Source: Candidatus Uhrbacteria bacterium CG10_big_fil_rev_8_21_14_0_10_48_16 | Lineage (GTDB): Bacteria > Patescibacteriota > Patescibacteriia > UBA9934 > GWF2-40-263 | Assembly: GCA_002793515.1 (NCBI GenBank) | Contig: PFEU01000008.1 | Location: forward strand, 6,824 to 70,823 | Length of the DNA: 64,000 nucleotides | Direction: 5' to 3' | Shown here: positions 29,267 through 39,519 of the stretch, one piece after another | Layout of the letters: every line of letters begins with the position of its first letter | Position numbering within the stretch: position 1 is the stretch's first letter | Notes under the pieces: generated by a model | Databases searched by the model: none | What the model saw: only the letters and a program-made list of their open reading frames with translations | Told to the model about the DNA's origin: nothing | Translations under genes and position numbers: made by a program

Positions 29267-30508
29267 TTATTTTTTACGTGCTTGTACGTAGTAGATTATA
29301 GCAAATAAAACAACGAGTCCCAAGAGAACCGGGATAACTGGAATTGATTCCCACAAAAAATTTCCATCCATGTCGATTTCCTCTTGTGCTCTTTCACGAA
29401 TAGCACCCACTTCACCATCCTCTTCTAAGCCTTCTGGTCGGTTCAAGTCCGTGCCTTCAGGATACACACGCACAGAAGTACTTCCATACACCGTATTTCC
29501 AGCTCGATCTAATGCAGCCACACGAAAAAAGTACGTCCCAACAGGAAGATCCTCTATCTCGAGCGGACTTATTTGTGTTTGAAACTCACTGTCATTAATA
29601 GCGACCTGATATTCAGCAACCCCTGACAACTCATCTGTCGTTCCAAACACAAACCACGCAGATTCTCCCTCGAGAAGTTTTGTTTGTTGTGCTGTCAGCG
29701 TAATAGGATTTGGAGAAGTTCGGTCAATCTGCACAACATAATTCACCTGCTCCGTTTCACGACCGTCTTCTTGAAGCCCTTTAAGATGAAAGTAATAAAT
29801 ACCATCTTGTTCCGCAATCACTGATAGATCCGTCGTTTCTGCTGGGAGTGAAATATCTGCTTCTGCCGTTGGATTATTATCAAAACGATAAAAATACTCA
29901 CGAATAGGACTCTCTCCTTCAAGATCCTTCCAAGAAAAAAGAGCAACATCTAACGAAGACCATGCTTGCTGATCTGGATGTGTACTACTTTCAACAACTA
30001 ATACAGCCGTTCCTAGATCTGCTTCCTCGGACACGGAAACAAAAACAGAAGCTTCTGCGAGAACACTCACGTCTATCCGCTCTTCTCCCGCAGAGATCGC
30101 ATGCGAATCGCCAGAAATCGCGACACGCCCCTCCCCTGCTTCAAGAGCAAGAAACGTAATAACCATCACAGATTCTTCTGTTGAAACAGCCTCTCCTAGC
30201 GTAAATGCTCCCCAAGAAATCTTTCCGTTAACATTATCGCGGTAATTTCCTGGAGCTGTCCTATCAAACGAACCACTCAGCCTCACGTTTTGTGCTTGCA
30301 TGACGGTTGGATCGAAGGTAACGACCGCACGAACGGTATCAAGAAGCTCTCCTTGCGGATCCACATGCACCGTAACCTCAAAAAACTCACCGCTCACAAC
30401 ATTGTAGGCAGACTGATCAAATTGGAATACCGCACTTCCCGAAGCTCGCATAACACTCGGAACCATCAGAGCCACGAAAACGAGCATTCCGAGAAAAAAA
30501 TATCTCAT
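29267..30508 (-). CDS. Membrane-anchored cohesin-domain protein with Ig/Fn3-like domains
   Basis: Signal peptide; cohesin-like GEFFEVTVHV...DTVRAVVTFDP...DNVNGKI...VITFLAL; GTYFFRVAALDRAGN; C-terminal TM followed by RKK. Confidence 0.75.
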   Translation of the reverse strand: MRYFFLGMLVFVALMVPSVMRASGSAVFQFDQSAYNVVSGEFFEVTVHVDPQGELLDTVRAVVTFDPTVMQAQNVRLSGSFDRTAPGNYRDNVNGKISWGAFTLGEAVSTEESVMVITFLALEAGEGRVAISGDSHAISAGEERIDVSVLAEASVFVSVSEEADLGTAVLVVESSTHPDQQAWSSLDVALFSWKDLEGESPIREYFYRFDNNPTAEADISLPAETTDLSVIAEQDGIYYFHLKGLQEDGRETEQVNYVVQIDRTSPNPITLTAQQTKLLEGESAWFVFGTTDELSGVAEYQVAINDSEFQTQISPLEIEDLPVGTYFFRVAALDRAGNTVYGSTSVRVYPEGTDLNRPEGLEEDGEVGAIRERAQEEIDMDGNFLWESIPVIPVLLGLVVLFAIIYYVQARKK

Positions 30509-30526
30509 AGAGTTTCTAAGTCCCTT

Positions 30527-31426
30527 CTAGACTTCAACACCCCAACGCGCAATCATCATTGAAAAATCATAATCATCCACCGTCGAGTCTTCATTAAAAT
30601 CTCCTTCTCGATCATTCTCTCCCCACATCCCAATAAAACGACTGAGATCATAATCGTTTACTGTTTCATCATTATTCACGTCTCCGATCAATCGGCGATA
30701 AATCTCATACACGATTGAGGCGGAGCTTGCTGATCCATCTAACCCAACGACCGTAAAACTATTCTCTCCATACGACAGGGACACATAATCTTGCCAAGAC
30801 GTAGTGGTTGGATACGTAACTGATTCTGAACTTCCATCCACCGTCACAAGGTCGACATCTTCATCCTTGGTTCCATACAAGAGAAACGTTTGCGTATAGG
30901 TAAACACAAGATCTTCAATTGCACTTGAAACAGACGGTGACTCAGGTGCAACGGTTCCTCCACCACCGCCACCCCCGCCTCCACCGCCTCCTCCACCACC
31001 ACCAGAAGGAGCTGTTCCAGAACAAGAGCTTGTGACAAGGGCACAAGCAGAACTACAGGTAAGTGTCCCTGTTTCAAATCCCTGGGTCACGCAGGTCTTA
31101 CTATCAAGGTTTAAGCCATCACATGTTTCTCCGGGATCCACGAATCCATCACCACAATAATACTGAAATCCACTTCCTATTTCTTCTTCGTAACTTGTAC
31201 TTGTGATACTTCCTGCATAAGGATCAATCGCTCCTTGCAACTGATAACTTGTTGATTCAAGCATGTCAGAAGCATTTGTATACCCATCCGTTGCTGGAGC
31301 AAGAAAACCGGCTTCAGGAGTAATCTGATAACTTGATGAAGAAACGGCCCCCACCCCTAACGGAAAAACAGCCAAGGCAAGGGCAAAAAATAGAATAGGT
31401 GCGTTCGTATGTTTCATATCACTCAT
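30527..31426 (-). CDS. Secreted dockerin-domain protein with a Cys-rich module and poly-Gly linker
   Basis: Signal peptide; YCGDGFVDPGETCDG module; 16-Gly run; duplicated Ca-loop/helix GDVNNDETVNDYDL and GDFNEDSTVDDYDF at the C-terminus. Start could be 31417. Confidence 0.78.
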   Translation of the reverse strand: MSDMKHTNAPILFFALALAVFPLGVGAVSSSSYQITPEAGFLAPATDGYTNASDMLESTSYQLQGAIDPYAGSITSTSYEEEIGSGFQYYCGDGFVDPGETCDGLNLDSKTCVTQGFETGTLTCSSACALVTSSCSGTAPSGGGGGGGGGGGGGGGGTVAPESPSVSSAIEDLVFTYTQTFLLYGTKDEDVDLVTVDGSSESVTYPTTTSWQDYVSLSYGENSFTVVGLDGSASSASIVYEIYRRLIGDVNNDETVNDYDLSRFIGMWGENDREGDFNEDSTVDDYDFSMMIARWGVEV

Positions 31427-31464
31427 GGACCAAATTCAAACGGAAACAATGATTTAGCCAAAAC

Positions 31465-32433
31465 TTATACCGAAAGCGGATCGTGTCCCGTTGAGACCTC
31501 TTCTCCATCAAGATATCCATCTCCATCGGTATCCGCATTCTCAGGATCTGTTCCATAGGTTTCTTCTTCTGTGTCTGTAAGACCGTCCGCATCTGTATCA
31601 ACCTCTTCCTCTGTTTCTACAACCTCTTCATCACCAAGATCATCCTCTCCATACGCCTGCTCATCCCACGTTAAAAGATCCGTATACGCAATCGTATGAA
31701 GCACATTCCATTCCATATCAGTGTCTGGCATCTTTGCGTATTTCTGACCGAACAGAATTAACGCATGTTCTTCTGCAGAAAGATCCCGTGGGGATCCTTG
31801 GCAACCACCGTAGGCAATACAATGAAGCGCCTCCCAGTCATTTGCGCTTGATGGCATGCGTGCATAAAACGCCCCAAAATAGACCAATGCTTGTGCTTCG
31901 AGTTCTGCATCCTTTTCATAATCAGAAGTCTCTTCCTCAACCACCTCTTCGCTTGCCTCCTCTGCATCTATATCAAAAGACGTACTATCAATTTTTTCCT
32001 CTCCATCGGAGATGAGTTTTGAATTGCTTGAAATCGCAAGATCAATCTCTTGGTCCGTAAGAGCTTCGAATGTAACCGTTGCGATGACACTTGTCTGCGT
32101 AACAGGATCGCCGTACTTGTAGGCTCCAAACGTCAACACACCTGTCGTGTTATCGATCTCGTACTCTGGAGAAAGACTTGGAAAAGATGAATCTAGATCA
32201 AACCATGTCGCTTCTAGTAAGGAAGCGTCATAGACGATTTCTACTCGCACGGTATCAATCGATTCTCCGTTGGGAGCCACGATCACATCAGCCGTCACCA
32301 TCTCCCCTGCTAAAACAGTCATCTCTGACACAGAAAGGGAAAGCATCGCAGAACCTTCTGCAGACGCAACATGCACACCAACTTGCGAAAGCAAGAAGGC
32401 GAAAATGAATAGAGGGAAAACAACCTTTCTCAT
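31465..32433 (-). CDS. Secreted cohesin-domain protein with TSP3-like Ca-binding repeats
   Basis: Signal peptide from MRKVV (upstream ATGs at 32454 and 32472 possible); cohesin-like domain paralogous to 29267..30508; DTDADGLTD...GTDP..ADTDGDGYLDGEEV. Confidence 0.75.
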   Translation of the reverse strand: MRKVVFPLFIFAFLLSQVGVHVASAEGSAMLSLSVSEMTVLAGEMVTADVIVAPNGESIDTVRVEIVYDASLLEATWFDLDSSFPSLSPEYEIDNTTGVLTFGAYKYGDPVTQTSVIATVTFEALTDQEIDLAISSNSKLISDGEEKIDSTSFDIDAEEASEEVVEEETSDYEKDAELEAQALVYFGAFYARMPSSANDWEALHCIAYGGCQGSPRDLSAEEHALILFGQKYAKMPDTDMEWNVLHTIAYTDLLTWDEQAYGEDDLGDEEVVETEEEVDTDADGLTDTEEETYGTDPENADTDGDGYLDGEEVSTGHDPLSV

Positions 32434-32517
32434 AGAGTGTATGGGGAAACGCATGTTTAAAAATCGGACCATGCCTCATTTATTAAAAGTATAACATACG
32501 AAAACATATTTCAAAAC

Positions 32518-32544
32518 AAAAAAGTCACGATTCAAGCGACTTTT
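32518..32544 (-). terminator. Putative terminator after the priming sugar transferase
   Basis: Minus strand AAGTCGC-7 nt-GTGACTT followed by a T run. Confidence 0.5.
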
Positions 32545-32566
32545 ATACACACGTCTTTTCCCTTCG

Positions 32567-33874
32567 TTAAGACTCTCCCCGAAGAAAGAAGTGTGTCGTT
32601 TTTAACAGAATCAAAATATCAAAAAGAAAAGATCTATTCTTAATATAGTACAAATCATATTCAAACTTCATTTGAGAATCGACAACCGATCGTGCATACC
32701 GAAACTTAATCTGCGCCCACCCGGTAATTCCCGGCTTAATAAAATGGCGCACATGGTAGTACGGAATCTCCGCCTCTAATAAATCAACAAATACCGGACG
32801 TTCTGGTCGAGGGCCTACCAGACTGAGATCTCCTCGAAGGACATTTAACAACTGTGGAAGCTCGTCAAGATGCGTCTTGCGCAATATCCGCCCAACCGCT
32901 GTCACACGCGCATCTTGCTTCGTCGCCCAGGCAGGTCCGTTTGACTCTGCATCAACCCACATGGTTCGAAACTTGATAATCGAAAACAGTTTTCCATTCT
33001 TTCCCATGCGTTCTTGCGTATAAAAAACGGAGCCTCCATCGGAAAACTTAATGGCCGTCACAAGAACGAGCCATAGAGGAGCTGTTAACCCAAGGAGGAA
33101 TAACGAAACACTCACATCAAAAAACCGCTTCACGTGTTGATATAAACTCGCATCCTTCTCTTGAATATTTCGTAAAAACCATCGATGATCGACGGTCGAG
33201 AGCGGAATACGTTTTGCAAAGAGTTCATACGCTTGTGCGGTATCAAGAAAGATCACCCCTTTTCCAAGACAGGCATAAACCTGCTGAGCTCCAACGGGAT
33301 CGGATAAATTCACAGAAGGGAGAACAACCATGTTTAGCTTCTGTTCTTGAATATGAAAGGAAAGATGCTCGGCAGATCGCAACGGCACACACACATGTCC
33401 CAAATGCGTGCGATCACGAATCATCGACTGAAGTTCGTCTACCTCTTTATGACTCCCCACAACACCTATGACCAACGGAGCGATACGAGCCATGTTCGAA
33501 AAAAACACCCGTCTCCAAATCAAACTCAATATCCCAAACACAAGGACATGAAACAACAGAATCACTTTCGGAGAAATGCTTGAAAAAGAAATCGTATAAA
33601 AATAAAGGACCCCTACTAAAAAAGCTACGACAAGGGCAACGGAAAATTGACTCACTCGCTTGAGAGAAACGCGAGAAGATAATTCGTAGGCATCAAACAC
33701 ATAAAAAATCACAAACCAAATCAGGTACAAAAACGTGAATGCGGGAAGGTGTTGATAGACCACTCCCTCATCAAAATTCTCCCCAAAACGAACCATCAAG
33801 ACAAGGAACAATGAAACGTACATCAAAATCACGTCTCCGCTTAAAAGGATCAGTTTTTGCCCTCTAAAATCCAT
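32567..33874 (-). CDS. Polyprenyl-phosphate glycosylphosphotransferase (WbaP/WcaJ-like priming enzyme)
   Basis: KRFFD, KFRTM, D.RVT.VG.ILRKTHLDELPQLLNV..GDLSLVGPRPE, KPGITGWAQI and DLYYI motifs. Confidence 0.95.
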   Translation of the reverse strand: MDFRGQKLILLSGDVILMYVSLFLVLMVRFGENFDEGVVYQHLPAFTFLYLIWFVIFYVFDAYELSSRVSLKRVSQFSVALVVAFLVGVLYFYTISFSSISPKVILLFHVLVFGILSLIWRRVFFSNMARIAPLVIGVVGSHKEVDELQSMIRDRTHLGHVCVPLRSAEHLSFHIQEQKLNMVVLPSVNLSDPVGAQQVYACLGKGVIFLDTAQAYELFAKRIPLSTVDHRWFLRNIQEKDASLYQHVKRFFDVSVSLFLLGLTAPLWLVLVTAIKFSDGGSVFYTQERMGKNGKLFSIIKFRTMWVDAESNGPAWATKQDARVTAVGRILRKTHLDELPQLLNVLRGDLSLVGPRPERPVFVDLLEAEIPYYHVRHFIKPGITGWAQIKFRYARSVVDSQMKFEYDLYYIKNRSFLFDILILLKTTHFFLRGES

Positions 33875-33923
33875 ATGGGCTTATTGTGTGCTATTTTCAG
33901 ATACGTGTAAAATACACCCATCT

Positions 33924-34886
33924 ATGACCTCACAAACCATTCTCATCACGGGAGGTGCCGGTTTTATTGGCTCACACCTCGCCAAACGGCTTATTGAAGA
34001 GGGTCATGAGGTTATTATTATTGATAACTTCAATCCCTATTACGATCCTTCTTTAAAGGAGGCTCGTATCTCTCACCTCCTGAAAGATCTTCCTTACACC
34101 TTGTATCGGATCGACCTCGAGGACTTTGAGGCGGTTCAAAAGGTATTTGAAACACACGCCATTGATTTGATTGCCCACCAAGCCGCACAAGCAGGTGTTC
34201 GATATTCGATCGAAAATCCGCTTGTCTATGGACAAAGTAATCTCATAGGAACACTCAACCTCCTGGAGCTTGCAAAGCAATACCATATAAAAGGATTCAT
34301 CCTTGCGTCGAGCTCGTCTGTATACGGAGACGCAACCTCCTTTCCCATCAAAGAAACTGACGAAACAGACAAGCCGATTTCGTTATACGCAGCGACAAAA
34401 AAATCCTGCGAACTTCTTGCCTACTCCTATCACCATCTCTTTGAACTCCCTGTGACATGTCTACGGTACTTCACGGTCTACGGACCTTGGGGACGGCCAG
34501 ACATGGCGATCTTTTCTTTTACCAAATCCGCTTTTGAAGGAACACCGATCGATGTGTATGGCCAAGGAGACATGGCGAGAGACTTCACCTTCATCGACGA
34601 TCTCGTCGATGGCATCGTAAAAGCTCTTGAAAAACAACTCCCATGGGCCGTCCTAAATCTTGGCCGTGGCCAAGCCCAACCACTCATGGACTTTATTACA
34701 TCCATCGAAACGCATTCTGGAAAATCCCTTCAAAAAAACTTTTTAGACATGCAACCTGGTGATGTCCAAAAAACCTGGGCGGATATCACTCAAGCGAAAA
34801 CCCTTCTTTCATTTGAACCCAAGACTTCCATCGATGAGGGAGTTCAATCCTTTGTGACGTGGTACAAAAATTTCTATGACGTCTAA
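33924..34886 (+). CDS. NAD-dependent epimerase (UDP-glucuronate 4-epimerase-like)
   Basis: TGGAGFIGSH, AAQAGVRYS, YAATKK, RYFTVYGPWGRPDMA and MQPGDV motifs. Confidence 0.92.
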   Translation: MTSQTILITGGAGFIGSHLAKRLIEEGHEVIIIDNFNPYYDPSLKEARISHLLKDLPYTLYRIDLEDFEAVQKVFETHAIDLIAHQAAQAGVRYSIENPLVYGQSNLIGTLNLLELAKQYHIKGFILASSSSVYGDATSFPIKETDETDKPISLYAATKKSCELLAYSYHHLFELPVTCLRYFTVYGPWGRPDMAIFSFTKSAFEGTPIDVYGQGDMARDFTFIDDLVDGIVKALEKQLPWAVLNLGRGQAQPLMDFITSIETHSGKSLQKNFLDMQPGDVQKTWADITQAKTLLSFEPKTSIDEGVQSFVTWYKNFYDV

Positions 34887-36000
34887 AAAGACAACGCGCA
34901 TCGCGGTCTTTTTTACCCATGGAGTCTCCTTAGAATTATGGGAACAGCGTGGAATGTTCTCACGAGAAGTGACCTTCTATGAAGAGCTCGCACGTGAGCT
35001 GGGAGAAGTGTGTTTCTTTACCTATGGTCGTAACGACGCACGGTTTGCTTCCAAACTTGGAACTCAAATTCGCCTCTTTCCAAAACGTCTCCCGGTCCCA
35101 AATCTCCTCTACGCCGTTCTTCTCCCCTTTCTCTACTGGAGGGAACTCTCACAGGTTCAAGCGCTTCGCATACACCAACTCGCCGGAGCGATCCCGGCAG
35201 TCATCACCCATTGGCTCATGTGCAAACCCCTGATTGTACGAGGAGGTTTTCAATGGCTCACCTTTGCTCGCAAACAAGGAGCCTCAAAACTCAAACAACG
35301 ATGTATTTCAATCATCGAACGTCTATCCTATCGGTCTGCAAACGTGATTATTCACACGACACAAGCGGATGCAACATTCGTTCAGAACCGATATGGCATT
35401 CACCCAGAAAAGATCCAGGTGATCCCAAACTATGTCGACACAGAGCTATTCAAACCAATGAACACACAAAAACACCCACAGAGTCTCTGTTATGTAGGAA
35501 GATTCGAAGAACAAAAAAATCTATTCAATCTCTTGGGCGCGATGGAAGGAAGCCAGATTCATCTTGTGCTCTACGGGGACGGATCTCTCAAATCTGAACT
35601 TGAGCATCGGGCAAAACAGTTAAACATCCATGCAAGTTTCATGGGGAGGATCGCAAATGAGGAACTTCCTTATGCCCTCAATACCTGTGAGGCATTTATC
35701 CTTCCTTCGTGGTACGAAGGAAATCCAAAAGTTCTTCTCGAAGCGATGTCCTGCGGGCTTCCCTGTATCGGCACCAACGTGGAAGGTATTGCGAGTTTGA
35801 TCAAAGATGGAGAAACCGGTCTCTTGTGCGACCCATCAAGTCCATCCATCGCACAGGCCATCCATACCCTCTTTGCCGATCAAGACTTCCGAAACCGACT
35901 GGGGTATACCGCACGTACACACATCCTTAAGAGTGTCTCTCTCACACAAGTCATTCAACGTGAATGCCCTTTCTACGATTCTCAACATGAACGCGTATGA
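34876..36000 (+). CDS. Glycosyltransferase family 4
   Basis: VIPNYVDT, VGRFEEQKN and EGNPKVLLEAMSCG (EX7E). Confidence 0.92.
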   Translation: MTSKKTTRIAVFFTHGVSLELWEQRGMFSREVTFYEELARELGEVCFFTYGRNDARFASKLGTQIRLFPKRLPVPNLLYAVLLPFLYWRELSQVQALRIHQLAGAIPAVITHWLMCKPLIVRGGFQWLTFARKQGASKLKQRCISIIERLSYRSANVIIHTTQADATFVQNRYGIHPEKIQVIPNYVDTELFKPMNTQKHPQSLCYVGRFEEQKNLFNLLGAMEGSQIHLVLYGDGSLKSELEHRAKQLNIHASFMGRIANEELPYALNTCEAFILPSWYEGNPKVLLEAMSCGLPCIGTNVEGIASLIKDGETGLLCDPSSPSIAQAIHTLFADQDFRNRLGYTARTHILKSVSLTQVIQRECPFYDSQHERV

Positions 36001-36629
36001 GCAAGCTTCTCCTCACCTTCGCCCTAACCCTCCACAGCTTTTCGTATAAACTCGCAAGTCGTCTTGCGATCTTTGCGGAAAACGGCTTGCATCCCAAACA
36101 TCGACTGATGAACTACCACCAGTTTTTTCTCGATCATATTCAGCCAGAAGATCGTGTCCTTGATATTGGATGTGGAAACGGCGCCCTAGCGTTTGATCTT
36201 GCGAAAAAAGCCACGCATGTGACCGGAATCGATCATAACGAAAAAAATCGTTCCACGTGGGAAGAGCGATTCGCTCGCAACAATCTCACCTATCTCGTTG
36301 CAGACGCAACAACATTCTCTCCAATAGAACCCTTCACCGTCATCGTGCTTTCCAATGTCCTTGAGCACATCGAACACCGATCCTCTTTTTTGAAATCCAT
36401 TACCCACCTTGCTCCCCTCTTTCTGATTCGTCTTCCTATGCTCAACCGTGACTGGATGACTCTCTACAAAAAAGAATTAGGACTCGAATACAGACTCGAC
36501 ACGACGCACTTTACCGAGTACACCCTAGAGACGTTTTCACAGGAAATGGCTGAAGCAGGACTCTCTATTCAATCTCTCTCCATTCAATTCGGTGAAATCT
36601 GGGCGGTCATACAATCCCCTCACACGTAG
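35997..36629 (+). CDS. Class I SAM-dependent methyltransferase
   Basis: VLDIGCGNG and SNVLEHI motifs. Confidence 0.9.
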   Translation: MSKLLLTFALTLHSFSYKLASRLAIFAENGLHPKHRLMNYHQFFLDHIQPEDRVLDIGCGNGALAFDLAKKATHVTGIDHNEKNRSTWEERFARNNLTYLVADATTFSPIEPFTVIVLSNVLEHIEHRSSFLKSITHLAPLFLIRLPMLNRDWMTLYKKELGLEYRLDTTHFTEYTLETFSQEMAEAGLSIQSLSIQFGEIWAVIQSPHT

Positions 36630-36632
36630 ATT

Positions 36633-37712
36633 ATGTTTGACTCCGTCAAAACAATGGTTCGAACCCTCGTAAAACGTTTCTTTAGTATTCCTAATCTTTG
36701 GAATAAGAACCACATCCATATTGTGACGGATGGCCATGATTGGGTCATTGGCGAAGTCTCAAAATTTCTTTCAACCGCCCTCTCTCAAAGAACCCTTGCA
36801 CAAGCCTCCATCAGTCCATTCTTCTACTTTCTCTCTGGAAAGGTCATCCATTTCAATTCCATCCCCGTCCCCCAACGTTTTCCAAAAAATAAGGTCATCA
36901 TGACGTGGTACCACATTCCAGAACACGACCCTCGGCTCTCAACACTAAGGGAACTTGAAGCACGTGTGGATCTCATTCATACATCAACACACTCCACAAA
37001 ACAGACCCTCGTTCAGCATGGATTCCCTCCAGAAAAAATTCTTGTGATCCCACAAGGAATTAACCTCACGCTATTCACTCCTGTATCGAAGGACCAGAAG
37101 AAAGAGATTCGAACGGCCCTAGGCATTCCTGAAAAGGCCTTCGTGATTGGTTCGTTTCAAAAAGATGGAGATGGTTGGGGGGAAGGGATGAACCCAAAGC
37201 TCATTAAAGGACCTGACGTGTTTTGTGATGTTGTTGAACAGCTCGCAAAAAAAATAGCGGTTCATGTGCTCTTAAGTGGCCCTTCTCGAGGATACGTCAA
37301 GGATCGACTGACGCGCGCCAACATTCCATTCACACACCAGTATCCAAAAGCATACAAAGACGTAAATCAGCTCTATCACGCCCTTGATGTCTATCTCATC
37401 TCTTCTCGCATAGAAGGAGTGCCGATGGCCCTGCTTGAATCGTGGGCAACAGGCATTCCGCTTGTCAGTACGCGTGTAGGAATGGTTCAAGACGTTGCCA
37501 AGCACGAATCAAACGCTCTTCTTGCGGATGTGGAGGATCGCGATAGGCTTGTTGGGCACATAGAAACCCTCTTTCACGATCATCATGTGAGAGACCATCT
37601 TGCACGCAATGGTCTTGAGTCCGTAAAAGCGTATGATTGGAGTGTCTTAATTGATAGATATTGGAAAGAACTCTACCAACCACTTCTTCGCAAGCCTTCC
37701 GTAAAGCACTAA
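36633..37712 (+). CDS. Glycosyltransferase family 4
   Basis: VIPQGIN, KGPDVF and EGVPMALLESWATG (EX7E). Confidence 0.9.
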   Translation: MFDSVKTMVRTLVKRFFSIPNLWNKNHIHIVTDGHDWVIGEVSKFLSTALSQRTLAQASISPFFYFLSGKVIHFNSIPVPQRFPKNKVIMTWYHIPEHDPRLSTLRELEARVDLIHTSTHSTKQTLVQHGFPPEKILVIPQGINLTLFTPVSKDQKKEIRTALGIPEKAFVIGSFQKDGDGWGEGMNPKLIKGPDVFCDVVEQLAKKIAVHVLLSGPSRGYVKDRLTRANIPFTHQYPKAYKDVNQLYHALDVYLISSRIEGVPMALLESWATGIPLVSTRVGMVQDVAKHESNALLADVEDRDRLVGHIETLFHDHHVRDHLARNGLESVKAYDWSVLIDRYWKELYQPLLRKPSVKH

Positions 37713-37732
37713 CGTTTCCGCATGTTGCGCAT

Positions 37733-38782
37733 ATGAAAATAGCGATTGGAATGCACCTTCAAACAGGGTCGTTCGGAGGAGGAAATCAGTTTGCAACTCT
37801 TCTCACAGACCATCTTCGAAAACTCGGGCATGAGGTCTATTTCGATCTGACCCCATCTGATCTGGATCTTATTCTTATGACCGACCCTCGCACCACGTTG
37901 AAGTCGGTTGCCTTTGGTCCTGTTGAAATCATGCGGTACATTCGGGACGTGCATCCTTCTACTCTACTTGTGCATCGCATAAACGAATGTGATGAACGCA
38001 AAGGAACCCGTGCTCTTAATCGCATCCTTGCTGTCAGCAATGAGATCATGGATCACACGGTTTTTATTTCTTCGTGGCTTGAAAAGCTCCACTGCCAACA
38101 ACATCCGTTTACAACATCCCGCTCTGTTATTTACAACGGAGCAGATCCTTCCGTTTTTACCTATCAAAAAAAGGAACTTCCAACCACAAGAAAAATAAAG
38201 CTTGTCACGCACCACTGGAGTGCAAACTGGAATAAAGGATGGGATGTTTACATGCATCTTGATCATCTCCTTTCAGAAACATCTCTCGGAGATCAGATAG
38301 AATTTACCTACATTGGAAACGCTCCAAAACTCCCTTTCAAAAAGATTCGTGTGGTTCCTCCACGCGCTGGAAAAGAACTCGCCCAAGCCCTACAAGAACA
38401 CGATCTCTATATCACCGCATCGTTGAATGAGCCCGCAGGTATGCATCACATTGAAGCTGCATCTTGCGGACTTCCACTTCTGTATCGCACCAGCGGTGCC
38501 CTTCCGGAATATGGCGCATCATTTGGTGTGGCCTTTCACGGACCAGACGATGTTGAGGCGCGACTGCATGAACTCCTTCACACGTACGACCGATTCACAC
38601 ACGCCCTTGAATCTTACCCCTACACAAGTGAATTGATGTGTCGCTCGTATACAGAATTGTTTCACTCACTCATCTCACGCAAAGAATCGATCCTTGCAGA
38701 ACGCAAGACAAACCACTTTTCTCTCGCTCGACAAATCAAGAAACACCTCCATCTCATCTGGCTTTCTTTATTGAATCGATAA
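37733..38782 (+). CDS. Glycosyltransferase (GT4-like)
   Basis: FGGGNQF, VIYNGAD, NKGWD and EPAGMHHIEAASCG (EX7E). Start set at ATG 37733. Confidence 0.85.
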   Translation: MKIAIGMHLQTGSFGGGNQFATLLTDHLRKLGHEVYFDLTPSDLDLILMTDPRTTLKSVAFGPVEIMRYIRDVHPSTLLVHRINECDERKGTRALNRILAVSNEIMDHTVFISSWLEKLHCQQHPFTTSRSVIYNGADPSVFTYQKKELPTTRKIKLVTHHWSANWNKGWDVYMHLDHLLSETSLGDQIEFTYIGNAPKLPFKKIRVVPPRAGKELAQALQEHDLYITASLNEPAGMHHIEAASCGLPLLYRTSGALPEYGASFGVAFHGPDDVEARLHELLHTYDRFTHALESYPYTSELMCRSYTELFHSLISRKESILAERKTNHFSLARQIKKHLHLIWLSLLNR

Positions 38783-38794
38783 GCTCCTCCCCTT

Positions 38795-39439
38795 ATGGAT
38801 CACATGCAACCGTCACAATATTTTTCCATGAAATATCTCTCGCTTCAGCGATGGAACTCTTATTGGTATCAATTATTTGAGACAACCCAGTGTCCGAATG
38901 TCAAAACCATTCTTGAGGTAGGGATTGGGAATACCATCTGCACGTCCGTTCTTCGAAATATGGGCTACACCGTCAAGACCCTAGATGCAGACCCAACAAC
39001 TCAGGCGGATTACGTAGCAGACATCCGAACAATTCAACAGACCGTTCATGAAACATTCGATCTCACCCTCTGTTGTCAAACACTCGAACATATTCCGTAC
39101 GAAGACGTCCCGGGTGTTCTCCGATCTTTTCACAAGATCACAAATACCTGGCTCATTGTCACCCTTCCCTACACTTCACTCGGCACATTTGCTCCACGCC
39201 TATTTCTCAAGCTCCTCCCGTTCATGAAACCCTTCAAATGGGTCCGCGTCTTTCCTTTTTTTCCAAAAGAACATCCATCGAAACTCCCTGGAGGGCATTA
39301 CTGGGAAATCGGAAAAAAAGGATATGCTCTCAAGACGATTCTTCAGCTATTCGACACGTGCGGATGGGATATCGTGAAGCACTACTCGCTCTTTGAGAAT
39401 CCTTACCACTACATGCTCGTGTGTAAAAAACGAACATAG
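38795..39439 (+). CDS. Class I SAM-dependent methyltransferase
   Basis: ILEVGIGN, CCQTLEHIP and HYWEIG motifs. Confidence 0.85.
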   Translation: MDHMQPSQYFSMKYLSLQRWNSYWYQLFETTQCPNVKTILEVGIGNTICTSVLRNMGYTVKTLDADPTTQADYVADIRTIQQTVHETFDLTLCCQTLEHIPYEDVPGVLRSFHKITNTWLIVTLPYTSLGTFAPRLFLKLLPFMKPFKWVRVFPFFPKEHPSKLPGGHYWEIGKKGYALKTILQLFDTCGWDIVKHYSLFENPYHYMLVCKKRT

Positions 39440-39465
39440 ACAAACAGACTCACAAAAGTTCTTGT

Positions 39466-39496
39466 ATGACCCGATTCTCTTTACGAATCGGGTCAT
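39466..39496. terminator. 12-bp hairpin before wzm (terminator or processing site)
   Basis: ATGACCCGATTC-7 nt-GAATCGGGTCAT, followed by TATAAT at 39506-39511. Confidence 0.55.
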
Positions 39497-39519
39497 TTAA
39501 ACTAATATAATAGGGTTTT

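Noticed and set aside
30956-31003. Gly16 run as a phase-variable simple repeat
   Set aside because: It uses mixed GGN codons rather than a pure tandem unit, which fits a selected flexible linker.
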